64,000 nucleotides of DNA. It comes from Spironucleus salmonicida (taxonomy: Eukaryota). Shown piece by piece: positions 25,501-39,584 of the stretch (position 1 is the stretch's first letter; every line of letters begins with the position of its first letter). The stretch lies in NCBI RefSeq assembly GCF_000497125.1, contig NC_090597.1, positions 1,003,797 through 1,067,796 of the forward strand, in the 5' to 3' direction. The notes under the pieces were generated by a model, which was not told the origin of the DNA, did not search any database, and saw nothing but the letters and a program-made list of their open reading frames with translations. The position numbers and the translations under genes are program-made.

Positions 25501-26471
25501 TCACTTCTTTCCTTTCTTGATGAAGTAAAAAGCAAGTCCACCACCAACAGCACCAACTACTACTAAAACAGCTACCAAGATACCCGCAACTGCACCTCTG
25601 GACAAATTACGACTAGGAATTATAGCTAAAAAGCAGAAATCTCCAATTTTCTCAGCACCTTCGACGCACTCTTAGCATTTTTCGTCTTTAAGCACATACC
25701 CTGGAAGGCACGACCCACATTTAACCTAAGGTGTTAACATACACTTACCTTCAAATAACCGATAATTCTTAGAATCTATGCAACCAGTGCATGTTGTCTT
25801 GTCGGTATCAGAACATGTACATAATGGATCAGTGCAAACCCCAGCTGATATTTTCGGAAGGTCTGGACAAGTTAAGCAATTCTCTCCTCCTGGTCCACAC
25901 CTGCATTATGTTTTCTGGTCAGCAGAGCCACAGTCAACTTGAATATTATTAACACATGCCTTATGTTCACTAATTGGTCTACATGGAACTATACACATTT
26001 ATTCTATGCTCATCTCATGGTTAGCTTTACATTTTGTGCATTTCGTCTAGCTTCTGCATTTCTCGCAGGTGTCGGGGCAGACGCTACAGACATTACCAGT
26101 AGGTTTTAATTAGCAAAACTATGATTTTTTACAAGATTTCTCGGAATCACATTCATTTATAATAGCTTGAGATTTTTTACATATATCGCCTACAACTTCA
26201 AATCCGACCGCACATGCTGTGCATTTTGCTGCGTTATCACATGTTATGCAGTTATCAGAGCATGCTTTGCATTCGGTCGAATCTTCATCTAAGTAATAAT
26301 TTGGTTAGCATCCACTGCATACGTCTTCACTACCTTCTGTACAGGCATTGCAACCAGGATTAGCTGCAATATTACATTTAATACATTCTTTTCGCTTGTT
26401 TCAGTTGCATCACTTGGACATACTTGTAGTTCTTGGCATTTCTTTCCGCTGTTGTCACATTAAGATGTCAT
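25501..26471 (-). pseudogene. CRMP1: CRMP1-type gene with one frameshift (pseudogene or indel error); ~323 aa if corrected
   Basis: MTSQCDNSGKKCQELQVCPS in one frame; KECIKC...[31 protein letters not shown] in another; one extra A in the run at 26389-26392 joins them; stop AAGTGA. Confidence 0.85.
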
Positions 26472-27149
26472 TTTTAGAGTTTAATTTTATTATTATTATA
26501 TTTATGCTAAATACTTACCAGTTTAATACAATATTTATTAATATAATTAGATATAGATAAAATGTTTGTTATCAGTTTTCAAGTATATATTGATTAGCAC
26601 AATATATGCAAGAGTTATAAAACTAAAAATCAATAACTGAAGCTTTATGTGTAATCTATATATAAATATAAAATTATATTATTTATAAATTAACTAATTT
26701 ATCGAGTTACTGTATAATAGGTTAATAAATAAGCTTATAGAAAAGCTATAAAATGAGAAATGAAAATCATAATTATAATGTAAACCTATTATTTTAATTC
26801 TAAAAGTTGTTATAATAAAATATATATGAACTTCATAAATCTTATTTTCATTTAGTAAAATTATATACATTGTCAGTTAATGCTACGATAAAATAAAATT
26901 TATTTATCTAAAATTTAACAGATTGATCTGACGAGGGTTTAGAGTAATAAATTGATCTTGTATAGTTAGCATATGTAAAGTCTGATGCTAAAAATGCAAC
27001 CAATGAATAAAATATGTCTACCATTATAAATGAAATAGAAATAATCAAATTTATATTTTATGCTGTCTGTACCGCACTACTAAGCACATAGTAAATTATA
27101 TAATAACAATTCTAGTTTTAACAATATTCTTGTATACTTTGGGAAAAGC

Positions 27150-27439
27150 TATAGTTAATATATAAGTCTACAGATGCTGATTCATGAGGAACATATGCTT
27201 TAATAGAACTGAGTATGAAATCTCTTGCCGTATTATAAGTGCACAATAGATTAAAATTTGCATACAATCAACCGAACTAGAATATTGCTGCTGGTTTGAG
27301 CACTATATATAATCAGAGTAAGAAGGTATCAAAAAGTAATAGCATGACTGATCGCATAGGATGAGTGGTTCTGGTGATAATCGGAGCAACTGTTGCGGCT
27401 CTAACGTATTTACTTATCAGGATAGCTGAGATGGAATGA
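27150..27439 (+). pseudogene. Heavily decayed CRMP C-terminal relic
   Basis: Residual TM-like segment RIG*VVLVIIGATVAALTYLLIR and a LPYYKC fragment; limits approximate. Confidence 0.35.
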
Positions 27440-28105
27440 GTGAAATCTTATTCATTATTTGCATAAGTTGTAAACCCTATCATATTATACCTACATAAAT
27501 TTATTTTGAGTTTGTACAATTATAGGAGTTATAATTTTATCTCAATAAATCAATTAAGCAAGCTTGGAATTATAAACCAATTCTCTATGTATTTGAATAG
27601 TATTGTTGTATAATTACAACCATCTAGCTGGAATGAGTAATACTTATTTTTAAAATAGATATAATTACAGTTATTTATAATAATATCACATTTAATATAC
27701 TGTTTTATGACTATCCAAATATATAATATATATAGGTATTATTTTGGTTTTTAATTTTTACTAATACTAAGGTATATAATATAAAACTAGTATTTTTTAA
27801 TTTAATTTAAAGATTGTAAGTTATTACTCATTTTACATAAATAATTATACCTACTATTCTTGCATATATTAAAACGCATTATCACGTTTGTTCAGTTTAC
27901 TGCTATTAATTTATATCTAATGTATGTAAAATTTAATTTAATAAGATACATTATATAATATCAATTCCCATACCTATCGTAAACTTTTCATACAATCTAT
28001 CGTTACTTAATTATTGCACTTCTATTTCAATAAGCAAAAACACAATACCACCAATTCTCATTATTATTCAAACTTATAACATATTCATATTTTCACGTCC
28101 ATAAA

Positions 28106-30235
28106 ATGTCAAAGATGTGTAATTCTTCAAATACAACTTCCTGCAGTGAAGGTTTCTTCTGTCCATCCAACGTAGGATCTGATGATACACCTTGTATCAA
28201 ATGCAAATAAGAATGTGCAACTTGCACAGGAGAATCCGCCGAAGCTGCCACGTGTTTAACCTGCGCGGACGGATAATATCTAAGCAGCGGAACCTGCGCA
28301 AACTGCGATTCGAAATGCGCAACATGCACAGGAAGTGAAGCTAGCACCTGCCAAAGCTGTGCAAATGGGAACTTTCTAAGCGGAACCACCTGCTCTGCAT
28401 GCGTTTCCGGAAACTCCATGAAATGCACCTGTGGAACCTCTGAGAATTGCGAAACTTGCGCTACAGATAAGACAAAATGTGATACCTGCATCGGTGAATA
28501 TGATATATCTGCGACTATTCCTTGCTCAGCATGCAAGGCAGGTTACTTTGAGAGTTCTGATATCCCAAAAACCTGCTCAAAATGTCCAGAAAACTGCGCA
28601 ACTTGCACCGCAGAAACCACCTGCAAAACCTGCAAAGATGGGAACATTTTAACTGCAAATTTGTGCGTTCCATGCACAAAAAATTAAATGACTGCCTGCA
28701 CGTGCAAATCTACTAAAAACTGCTAAACTTGCGAAGCTTCTGATAAGTCAAAATGCGCAACCTGTATCAATAACTTTGACCCATCTGAATCCACCCCTTG
28801 CTAAAACTGCTTACCAGGATTTGTCAAGGAGGTCATTTCTGGAAGCGATACTTGTACGGCCTGCTCTGCGAACTGCGCAACCTGTACCTCCGGCTCCGTT
28901 TGCACCCTCTGTAAGAATGGGTTTTTGCTAAAAGGAAATGAGTGTACTGCCTGCTCTACAATATAAACTACTGCCTGCACCTGCTAGGCTGCAAAAAATT
29001 GCTCAATATGCGATATTTCTATGATTAAATGCGCAGCCTGCATCAACAACTACGAACTAACAGGAACCACCCCTTGCGAGAAATGCAGGCCGAGATTTTT
29101 CGAGGACATTACTGCAATTCCCAATAAATGCACGGCCTGCTCTAATAACTGCACAACGTGTACATCTGCCTCCGTTTGTACAGCTTGCGAGGAGGGGTTT
29201 TTGATTGAAAACAATACGTGCGTAGCCTGCACAGACGAAAACTGCAAAACCTGTCAAGCTAGCAAAGACACCTGCACGGCGTGCAAAAATGACTTTACGG
29301 TGTAAAACGGCAAATGTGAAAAGTAATGCGCCACCGCTGCATAATGTAGGTCCAACTAAATTTGCGACAGTATCTGCAAAACCTGCACTGGTAACTGCGC
29401 GGTGTGCAAGGACGACATCGCCAACTGCAGGGTCTGCTAACCGGGGTTCCTGCTAACCGGCAACACTTGCCGCTAGTGTCCGACGGGTTGCGCGAACTGC
29501 GCTGGCGACACTTCCGTTTGCCAGATTTGCCTGAACAATTTTTACTTCAAAAAAGATAAATGCTTCATCTGCACCGGGAACCTGAAGGAGCCGTGTCAGT
29601 GCCACCGGGCAATTAACTGCGGCAGTTGCGACCTCGAAAACCTATCAAGGTGCGCTACCTGCATTTCTGGGTACGCGATCGACAAGAATGGGGAGTGTAG
29701 TATCTGCGCGTAGGGCTTTTTGATGTTGGGAGGCGTCTGTGCGAAGTGTGATTCCAGATGCGGTACGTGCTCGCAAAACGCGAAAACGTGTGATAGCTGC
29801 GCCAAAGGCTACACGATGAACGTGCATCAGACGTGTGAAGAAGTGTGTGCGGATATGTTAACAGACGGGCACGCTTGCATTGGCGGTAAAGCTGTGTAGT
29901 GCGGGAGCCGCGGGCAGGTCACTGAATGCAAATGCGGGGATAGCATAAACTGCAGAATTTGCTCAGCTGATGGTAGCAACAAGTGCGGGGGTTGCTTATA
30001 CGGCTACAAAATTGAAGATGGTGCGTGCGCTAATTGCGTTGACGGGGCTGTTGCAGTAGGAGCTTTTTGCTTTGCAAGTGCAGAAGAAAGTAATCGTCTG
30101 TCTTCTGGGGCGGTAGCAGGAATTTCGCTGGCAGTTATCGCGGTGGTGTTGGGTGCTTCTGGTGGAGTTTTCTGGTATCTTAGGAGGGCGAAAATCGCAA
30201 AGCGGAAAACAGTAATGAAGTGGAGGTAGTAATGA
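28106..30235 (+). CDS. Cysteine-rich membrane protein (CRMP2-type), 709 aa
   Basis: MSKMCNSSNTTSCSEGFFCPS...; paralogous to 1184-3451 including upstream flank; TM LSSGAVAGISLAVIAVVLGASGGVFWYL; tail RRAKIAKRKTVMKWRQQ*. Confidence 0.92.
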
Positions 30236-30409
30236 TGAAAGTGAGCTGTTGGATGTAAATATTTATTAAATTAGTATCTACTTGGTGATAATTCAAAAGC
30301 TTGCCATTTTGCATTTTGGGGGTAAGTGACAAGGTGTGCTTAGAGGATGGGAAATAAAAACTCTGTTATAACGATAACATATATATTGAAATATATAGTA
30401 GGGAATCTA

Positions 30410-31951
30410 TCATTGAGCCTTGCCTAGTATTGTAGCCGATTCATCAATTCGCTAATATACGTTTTACTTATTAGGTTTTACATTATTATTCTTTTAAACC
30501 AAATTAGATTTTTTCTTCATTAAAACAGCATAGACTACTCCACCTATAACAATGCCAACTACAGCTATTATGCCAACAACGATTCCGATTATAGAGCCGC
30601 TGCTCATCTTATTTATTTATGGTAAACACGACCCGTCTACAGGACGATCATGATTTTTGCATTAGGTGCACACAGATTCACTATCACATGTGAAACACTT
30701 AGCAGGACACTACTCCCAACTATTACCATTATCGTATACCTTGCAGTAAAATCCAGTTAGGGAGTCATTTTCTTATTCGCATTAATCTTCGACACACTTT
30801 TTATCAGACGAAAAGCGTGCATAATGTAAACATTCTGTGCAAGTATCCTTGTCAGAGCAAACCTTGCATAGCTCTGGACACTAAATGCATATATTACCAG
30901 AATCAAGTTATTCACAGTGTTAACTGTCAGAACAACCAATTATATTATCACATTAATCCTCTACACACTGTTCATTGGTGTTGAATCTATATCCTTTCAA
31001 ACACAAATCACATGTATCAGCTGCCTAGCATTGCTAGCAATTTTGAGAACATTTCAAACAGCGGTCATCCTTTTTCAAGTAGCCAGTTGAGCATCTACTG
31101 CAAACCTCTGCAATATTACAAGTAGCACACCCATCAATGCAGTGAACGCAAGTCGATCCAGTGATCTTAGCATCACAGAACTAGTTAGGTCTGCACGGGT
31201 TTTTAGCATTGCATTCGTTCGGAACGCACTCCCCGTCAACCAGATCGTGGTGGTCTTTGCAGAGCCCGCATACATCCTTCGACGAACATGCGCGGCAGTT
31301 GTCTTTGCAGAGCGTGCATGTATTATCCGTCGTATCAAGCAAATAACCATCTTGACAAATTTAGCATTCTAAGTGACTGGAGCATTTTTTGCAGTTTTCT
31401 GGGCAGGGAAGGCACACACCATCTATTGCTCTGTATCCCTCTATACATTCATAACATACGTTATGTTCACAGTTTATACAATTTTCTGGGCATTTCTGGC
31501 ACACTTTATTTATAAAATTATAGTCAGGTAAACATAGGCTACATTACGATTTACTATTGCATTGACCACAACCTGGGGTACACGGCTAGCAATTATTGGT
31601 TCTATCCCTAAAAAATCCCTGGTTACAATCTCTGCACATCCATTATCCACTGCAGATATTGCAGTCCTCCACGCATTTAACACACTAACCGTCTTTAACT
31701 ATGTATCCATGAATGCAGCTGAAGCATCTATGGCCGTTGCAGATAACGCAGTTTTCCTTACATGCCTTGCAGGTATTACTCTCTAAGTAGTATCCATATC
31801 GGCATTCTTCACAATTGCCTCGTGAATATGACTGACACTTCCTACAGTTGAATATTTCGCATGTTTGACATATTTGTGGCTTTGTTTTGTCATCGGTTGG
31901 GCAAACAGTGCCATCTGGACAGCGTTTTGTAGGACAGATGTAGGGATTCAT
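30410..31951 (-). CDS. Cysteine-rich membrane protein (CRMP2/HCMP-like), 513 aa
   Basis: MNPYICPTKRCPDG...; frame read through without TGA; furin-like CxxC repeats; TM GSIIGIVVGIIAVVGIVIGGVVYAVL; longer tail containing YQRI (YxxPhi-like). Confidence 0.9.
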
Positions 31952-32509
31952 TTAATAAACTTTAGAAACTGTATTTACACTTATATATCGGAATTAATAT
32001 AAATGATATTATTTGCGTCCTTGTTTTTACTTATAATTATTATTATTGTGCGAAAGTAAAAACGATAGTTTTTAAAGTTTATATATTTATATGTAAATGG
32101 TACTATCTCAATTTTACCTTTATTGATTAAATAATAAATATATGATCATAAAAATAAAACTAGATCCTCAAAATAATAAATCACAATTAAAAAGTTTCAT
32201 GTAATGTGAAATTTTTACGTAAAATACTCACCATATTATTATTTTATATTAAAATATATAAAATATACTGTATTCAAAGTATGTTATACTAAAATTATTT
32301 ATTAATATATTGTATTGAGCTATATATTATTGATATGCATCTTCAGTTACAAAGCATTGTTTTTATACCCATATAATATTCTATAATTTAGTGTATTTAA
32401 GGTGCAAAGTTAGTTTCCGCTGCATACTTTTTCAAATCCTAAAAGCGCTTCAGCCGATTAAATCTAAAGCTTGTATAATAGTATATAAAATCAAAAACTC
32501 TTAAAATAC

Positions 32510-33243
32510 CAGCAAAATGCGAAAAAGTTCCACCTGCAATGCAAGACCTGGGATTTCAGTGCGAATACTTGAAGCAGCATGTGCTAAATAAGATATATGA
32601 GCAGAGAAGTGCAGTGAGTCCAATACGGGTCATTTAGGCAGTAGAAGCGTTTTTGAGGTGTGCCTGTGGGAGCTATAATAGAAAAGTATTTAAATATGTT
32701 ATAGAGAGTTTTCCCTGAAATATGGAGATATTTGTATCGCAGGATACAAGAAGATAGGAATTTGTCAGTGCATGTGCCGACTGTTATAGGTAATTAACTA
32801 AGTTTGCACAAAGTAAGGTCGAAAGGGTGAACCTTGCTCATATAGAGTTGATTTGTTCTATGCTAGCCTCGTTGTACACCAGATGATAATTAGCTAAGAT
32901 GTTAACATCTTGTGACACATGATTAGCAGAGGGCGGCGCATGCATTGGGACTGCTGCCGCGGCATGCAGAATTGAACCCAAAACAACTGTTTGCAGGCGC
33001 ATAGCCTCTGCTAACCGTCATACCTGAGCCAAAGATAAGACTAAATGCAGTTCTTGCCTCCCTGGGTACAAATTATAAACGGGTAAATGCAAAAATATGT
33101 GAAGACGGTTCTATCTAGTCAGCAGTCTGTAGTTTTGTACCAATAGAGATGTATGACAGCATCCCTGGAAGCATGATAGCCAGAATTATGCTTATGGGCG
33201 CCTTCGGGCCAGCCTTACTTTATATTCCGTCAAGAAGGCATGA
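32510..33243 (+). pseudogene. Decayed CRMP gene
   Basis: Fragments CACGS, CADC, AEGGACIG, T*AKDKTKCSSCLPGYKLQTGKC and terminal LYSVKKA*, with many stops and frameshifts. Confidence 0.65.
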
Positions 33244-33669
33244 ACCGCTAGTTGCGCTAATATTAACTTAGTAATATAATTTAAATATAATATATTTGGC
33301 AAGAAAACATACTATATGCTACTGTAATCATGTGTAGGTGGGGGTTTTCAATCCTAAAAATACATATAATTCCCCATACTTAGGCTCACCATATTAATCG
33401 AAAATGTTGCTAATATAATTTTTGAGCATAGCACTGGTTTTAGTAAACTAGCGGTCGATGGCGATTCTTTATTAAAATTTATTTAAGTATTATATATTAT
33501 TGTATATAATAAATTTTGAATAAAAATGAGGATCCTAAAAGTCCAATTTCAGCTACACTGAAAAGTAGGATTAATATTTGATACTAGGGTATAACAGATT
33601 CTACGGTACTTATTGTTTCATTAATCCGACTAAATTAAAGTATAAGGGATTAATATCGCAATATTACAG

Positions 33670-34664
33670 GTCATGGATACAAGATGTTGCTATCAGTACT
33701 GGGATAGCTGAGAACCTTGCTTTTTTCTTAAAGTAGATACCCTAGCCGGTAGCCACATAGCTACTATCGACCACTATTCGACCAATAGTTCCTGTGATCA
33801 TATTGCTGGTTTGCTGCTTTAGAGTGCAAAGTACTCTATGAAGCTATTTTGCTCTAGATAATACCCATTATCATATCAGTAGCATGCGCAATCAGACAGA
33901 CGGAAGGCTCTCATGCACTGGGTGGAGGCCCTCCCATCACGGAGCAAGCAGGTGTGAAGATTACCACATGTGCACAAAGAGGATATACCATCGGTACCAC
34001 ACTTGATATGCCTTCCACCATGATAGAATTCACCTTCCTTGAGCTCCTGACTGCAGTTGAAACATATTTTCCATTCTTCTTCGCACATTAAAAAAAGCAC
34101 AGCACGCAGCCTACTAACCTGGTATGCATTTCATCTAATTTTACAACTCATAGTTAGTACAGCTCTTCGACGCCCTCAGGTAGAATCGTAATCGTTCATG
34201 ATTTATATCTTGTATGTACCCGTTTTAAGGAATAAACCATTTTCGCATTTATTCCATTTCCTCATATCATTTGATCAGGGTTAATAATTATATATGTTGT
34301 ATCTAGCATATTCCTCCTTATTTTGAATGATTCAACATACATAGCGTTCATTATCCGGTGATACCGTATCATTCTAGCATTTATCGCTATTTTCAACGTC
34401 ATAAAGTGTGAAATTTTAAGAAAACTAATATTAGTAGGTATCTCAATTACCTAACTAAAATGGTTTCCAAGAGGTTCCTGAGTGAATAAAATTGTATATC
34501 CAACCGGTACACACATCATCGGAGATTGAATCCTCTTTGCAGAACAAATAGTAATCCTGGGAATAATTTTAAACGTAATTAGCTTGAAATAATAGCGTGG
34601 GAGGCAGGCTGCGCAGATTATCTGTATGTTGATACTATGTTATTGGTGTCAGTATGAATGTCAT
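33670..34664 (-). pseudogene. Decayed CRMP gene
   Basis: Fragments NCSQELKEGEFYHGGRHIKCGTDGISSLCTCGNLHTC and TM/tail relic ending GIYFKKKARF; multiple disruptions; ATG at 34664; limits approximate. Confidence 0.6.
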
Positions 34665-35741
34665 TTAATATTTACTGATTTGCAAACTAAGGAGTCTCAA
34701 GAGCTGTCGCAATTGCAATCGTTTTATTCTTGGATTTTACTTTTTAGACAAATATCATATGATCCCATAGACTCATATTAGCAATATTAGCATACTCTGC
34801 ACGCTTGATCTGGGTTAATATATTACTAAAGGCTTATATAATAGTGAAAACATTATTGTAGGAATATAAGTATTCTCTATTATATTAACTTTCACAATCA
34901 ATTTATGATAGTAGTTACCTGAACACATTGCACGCTCTTAACTGCATTCAGCACAATCTTTTTATTCTAAATCTTATGCTAGCGCCATGTTATGGTATAA
35001 ATAGCTCTAAGTACAATTGAGAGAGAACTTATTGCAGAATCATTGTACATATATCATTTTATGGCAGCTAATCTTTATATAGGACATGAAAAACATAATA
35101 ATTAACTAGCAATTTCTATATCTAAGTTTAGTTATGTTATTCTAATCAATTTACTGGTATATATCAAATTGAAGTCTAGTTTTTATCTAGATTTATGTAT
35201 TAAATAGCATATTCTAATTCTTCATAAACTATATTTCTCTAGCATATACCTTACTATTATTAGTTTTAGCTATCATACATGACTATAATCTATCTATTTT
35301 CGATAATCAGTAATTAACAATCCTTAATGAATCTCTTTAATGCTTACCCTGTAGCAATTGATTTTGCCTCAGCAGATAATATTTACTTACAGTTATCAAA
35401 AATGACAAAACTGACTATCATAATATTTAACACGGCATTGACTATTACTGGTACTCCGCTTTATCTATAGACTAGTATTCTCAATTTAACATAATTGTAC
35501 TATTTGATCTATGTATATGCTGTTCGCATACTCTAGTATAATTATCCTCATGTTATTTTAATATTATGTTAAACCAGATTATGAAATTGCAAAATTTAGG
35601 ATCTAGTTAAATATTTATAAACCTAAAATTAGTATCATTCATACAATTAAAAATCTAGATATTTCAAATCTGACTAACAACATATTCTGAAATCTAAATC
35701 AAGTATTAGAAAGCTTTTGTTTATTTAAAATAATAAATTCC

Positions 35742-36611
35742 TCACTACTTTTTATTTTTTATCTTTTTACATAAAATAATATCGAGCATTCCCCAAATAA
35801 TACATAAAGCTACTAATGTTCCTAACAAAATATTAAAAACAATAGTGTCGTTACTTGGAATTGGACAAATTGGATTTAAATCTTCTACTGGACTGCAAAT
35901 TTTACCTACTAGCTCGAATCCAGATTCGCACTAGGTACATCTATCATTTTCAACCATTACAAAATTTGGCATGCAAGATGCACACCCATTTTTAGATTCG
36001 TTGCAAGTTCTACAGTTTTAAACTTCATTACAATAACATTGGGAAGATATATTTACATCACATGCTGCTAATGTTCCATTTAAGCAGTAATGGTCCACTA
36101 AACGATTAATACATTATTTTGTACAAATTCCATTAAATAAAGTTGTTCCAACATAGCAATTCGTGCAGAATTCTTTTGTAGAACATTAAGTACATTATTA
36201 GTCACAAAATTCACAGATTTTTAAACATTTATTGCAATAGCCTATATTGTACTTTTAACAATCAGCATTAGTTTCGCACGGAAACCCACATTAATTAGTC
36301 CATAAATTCAGATTATAACCGTCTATACATTCAAAGCATTACGTTTTGTCACAGCGTAAGCAATCTACCGCACATTTAAAGCACGTACTATTAGGTTGCA
36401 GTGAATATTGATTTATACATTCTACGCATCTTCTATTTTAACATTTTAAACAATTCTTAATCATTTTAAAGTCTACGCAGTTACAACCATAATGCTCTCT
36501 TATTGTCTTAGAACATGTTTAACATTGCAGGTTAGTAGTCTGCAGTGAAGGACAATATTAATCAACCAATCAAGTGTTATTTTAACCTGAACAAGTTTTT
36601 GCTTCTTTCAT
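35742..36611 (-). pseudogene. CRMP gene (290 codons) intact except one in-frame TGA at codon 14
   Basis: MKEAKTCSGQNNT*LVDQYCPS...; TGA at 36570-36572 aligns with a conserved Cys of paralogues; rest open; TM IVFNILLGTLVALCIIWGMLDIILC; tail KKIKNKKQ; stop TAGTGA. Confidence 0.8.
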
Positions 36612-37385
36612 TTTTAATGAAGCTGACTATACTAATAATATGCATACTTTGTTATATAAATTTTAAATAGGTAAAACCGGAATTAGAATTTTTTAAAATC
36701 ATCACTCATAATATTAAACTAAGTTCACTTATTTTTTCATATTATTTAGTATTACCGGATAATAAATATTAAATTACTATTATACAGATAGTATTGTTAT
36801 ATTAATTTTTTTAATTCTGTTAGTCTAATAATAATATTAAGATTTTATCTAACTTGTATATATTTTTACAGTCATATAAAAATTTTCAACTGTAATATAT
36901 TAATATTATAATAATCATTTCTATATTTATTCTTCATACTGTTGTTAATAATCCAAGATAATGAATATATTCCGTTTAAATCTTGATATAAAATATAATA
37001 TTAACCTTTACATTATAGAATATTAATCTTTATATATAATATAACCGTAGTTCAAAAAATTATAACCATAGAATATAAATTATAATATTAAAAATAAATA
37101 TATTATGAAACTAATATTCAAATTATTATTTACATACAATAAATAATTTATAAAGTCATTATCAAGCTAAACTAAGGTATTTTCTACTTATAATCATGGT
37201 CAAAAAGATTTATAATAAACTTATTATACAATAATATATATTATAGATTTGAATATGTATAGTTGTATATTTCTGTTTTACTAATTATTATAGTAGTCTT
37301 AATAATAAATACATTATAGTAAAAACATTATAATAAAATTCAATATTATTCAATATAAATGATATTATTCCAGATTATTTATAAA

Positions 37386-38933
37386 ATGATATTGCTAGTT
37401 TTAGCGTTAAATTGCTTCACAGATACCGTAGTTGTATATAGTGCGCAGACCGAAGAACTTACATTAAGTGCTGTATAAGATAAATCTATTAGTATAATTG
37501 ATAAACTATCATGCTAAATTTTTGTAAATTAAAATGTTAAGGTTCAAATTCAGATTGGTGGAATAATATTTGATTCTAACTTTTATATTTATAAAGAAGA
37601 ACACATAGATCTAACACTAACTAAGATTTCTGGTGATTTAGCTACTATTAATTAGTTCTCAGTTGCCTTTTTTAAATTAGAATCTAAGAATGATAACATT
37701 ATGTAAGATGGAACCATAATTCGCTTTAGCATTAACTTTTTTGATAGGCGTAATTGCTTTAAAAATATTTCATTATTCTATAATACCGTAACTTCAGATA
37801 TTACCATACAAAGGTTTCCATAAGTATTATGTAGCTTTGATAAAGACGGAGATATCACATCTAATGTGCAAATAAACCTTGGCACATAACTAGACTAGAT
37901 ATTCGAAGAAAAACTCGTAGATACATATGTCGAGTGGTTCCAAACTAATAATACTTGCAAAAATAAATAATGTGCAAAATATATCATAGAACTAGTGGAA
38001 ATATTATTTCCACTTGGTTATTATAACGTTAATATACAACAGACGTTTAAGAAAACAACCAATGCATTTAAGCCAGATGGTACAACAGTCGAACAAGAAA
38101 CTGAGTTTACTATGAATTTAGTACTAAGATAGCTAATAACATAGTTCACAACAGAGATATTAATTAGTACCATTTCCAATGTCTTAATTCGTCCATTATA
38201 TTAATCTATTGAAATTGAATAAACATTGACAACTGAAAAACCAAATGTGGACAAAAAGCATGATAGTGTTTCAGTAGATATTTGTATAGCAACAGAAAAT
38301 AGTAATTCATCTTAAAGATAATGTTTTACGATTTTTTAAGATTAATTCTAAGCTCTTGAAAAACTAGTATATAGATGTGACGAATAAATAGAAACAACAA
38401 TTTAAGAATGCACCGATAATCTGCTAGAGATAAGCAAATACACTGATAGTTAGGTAGGGCTAATTTACTACGACACATTTCTCGACGATGTACCAGTAGA
38501 ATCATTTAAGTATTACTCTTAAGTTCCAAGAAATAAATACAGTCCAGTCGTATTATTATGTATGCAAACTCATGCATGCATAGATATAAAAATACGCGAT
38601 GGATTTATACTAACTGAAGATAGCATAGAACTTATCTTAGAATGGGAAACATCCGGACAGATACAGCGGTTAATTAACGTATTTAAATTTCCAAATGAGT
38701 AATAATTATACTGCTTTATTGCGACACCGCAATAACTTCGTAATCTGACTGAAGAACATCCATCAGAATTAAAACTTACTATTGGAGGTTAATCTCTTTT
38801 TGTGAACAAAATATTAAACTTTTTACAACCTAGAATATTCATAAATGGAATTATTACTATGTTCATATTAGCATCACTGCTAGTAACTATGATAATCTTT
38901 CTTATGCATTTCAATATTGTTCATTAGAAGTGA
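37386..38933 (+). CDS. Type I membrane protein of unknown function, array copy 1, 515 aa
   Basis: Read codon by codon, no TGA; short hydrophobic leader MILLVLALNCF; C-terminal TM IFINGIITMFILASLLVTMIIFLM; stop AAGTGA. Confidence 0.9.
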
Positions 38934-39584
38934 TTTAAATATAAGACTTATATATACTGAAAAGTATTGTATGAGTTGAATTTAGTGATAACTATATACG
39001 ATTTTCTTTAATCATTTTATTTGAAAATAGAATATTAAGTCTAAAGCCTATAAGTATTCTCCAAAAAATAAGTAATTTTGAAGTTCTTAAATATAATTGA
39101 TAAATTTATAAGTTTAAACTGTTACTTCTTTATAATATTACATATCTCTGTTTTTAAATAATAAAATTTAAATGAATACTTATATTGCACTCGGATTACA
39201 ATCTGATATTATATACTATGATTCATTTCAGCAAGTCATTTCCAAGTTTACGTAATACTTAGTGTGTAAATAATGGTTTGCACATATATAAAAATAAAGA
39301 TGGTTTATTAAGTATAAATGAAAAAATAAATTATACTACTAAATCTCTACAAAATTATTATCAAAATTAGTGAGGATAATGTATTATTAGTATCGACATT
39401 TTATGTTATTTTTATACTAGACATAAATATATAATTAATTATAATATCTATTGCAATAATTTTATAAATTAATTTTGGTTTAAGCTTAAATTACATTGAA
39501 TTTTGGAATAGATTTTTTAATAAAAATACCAAAAAATTAAAAATCAATAAACTTAAATATTAAAAATGTTGTCATATAATAAAA

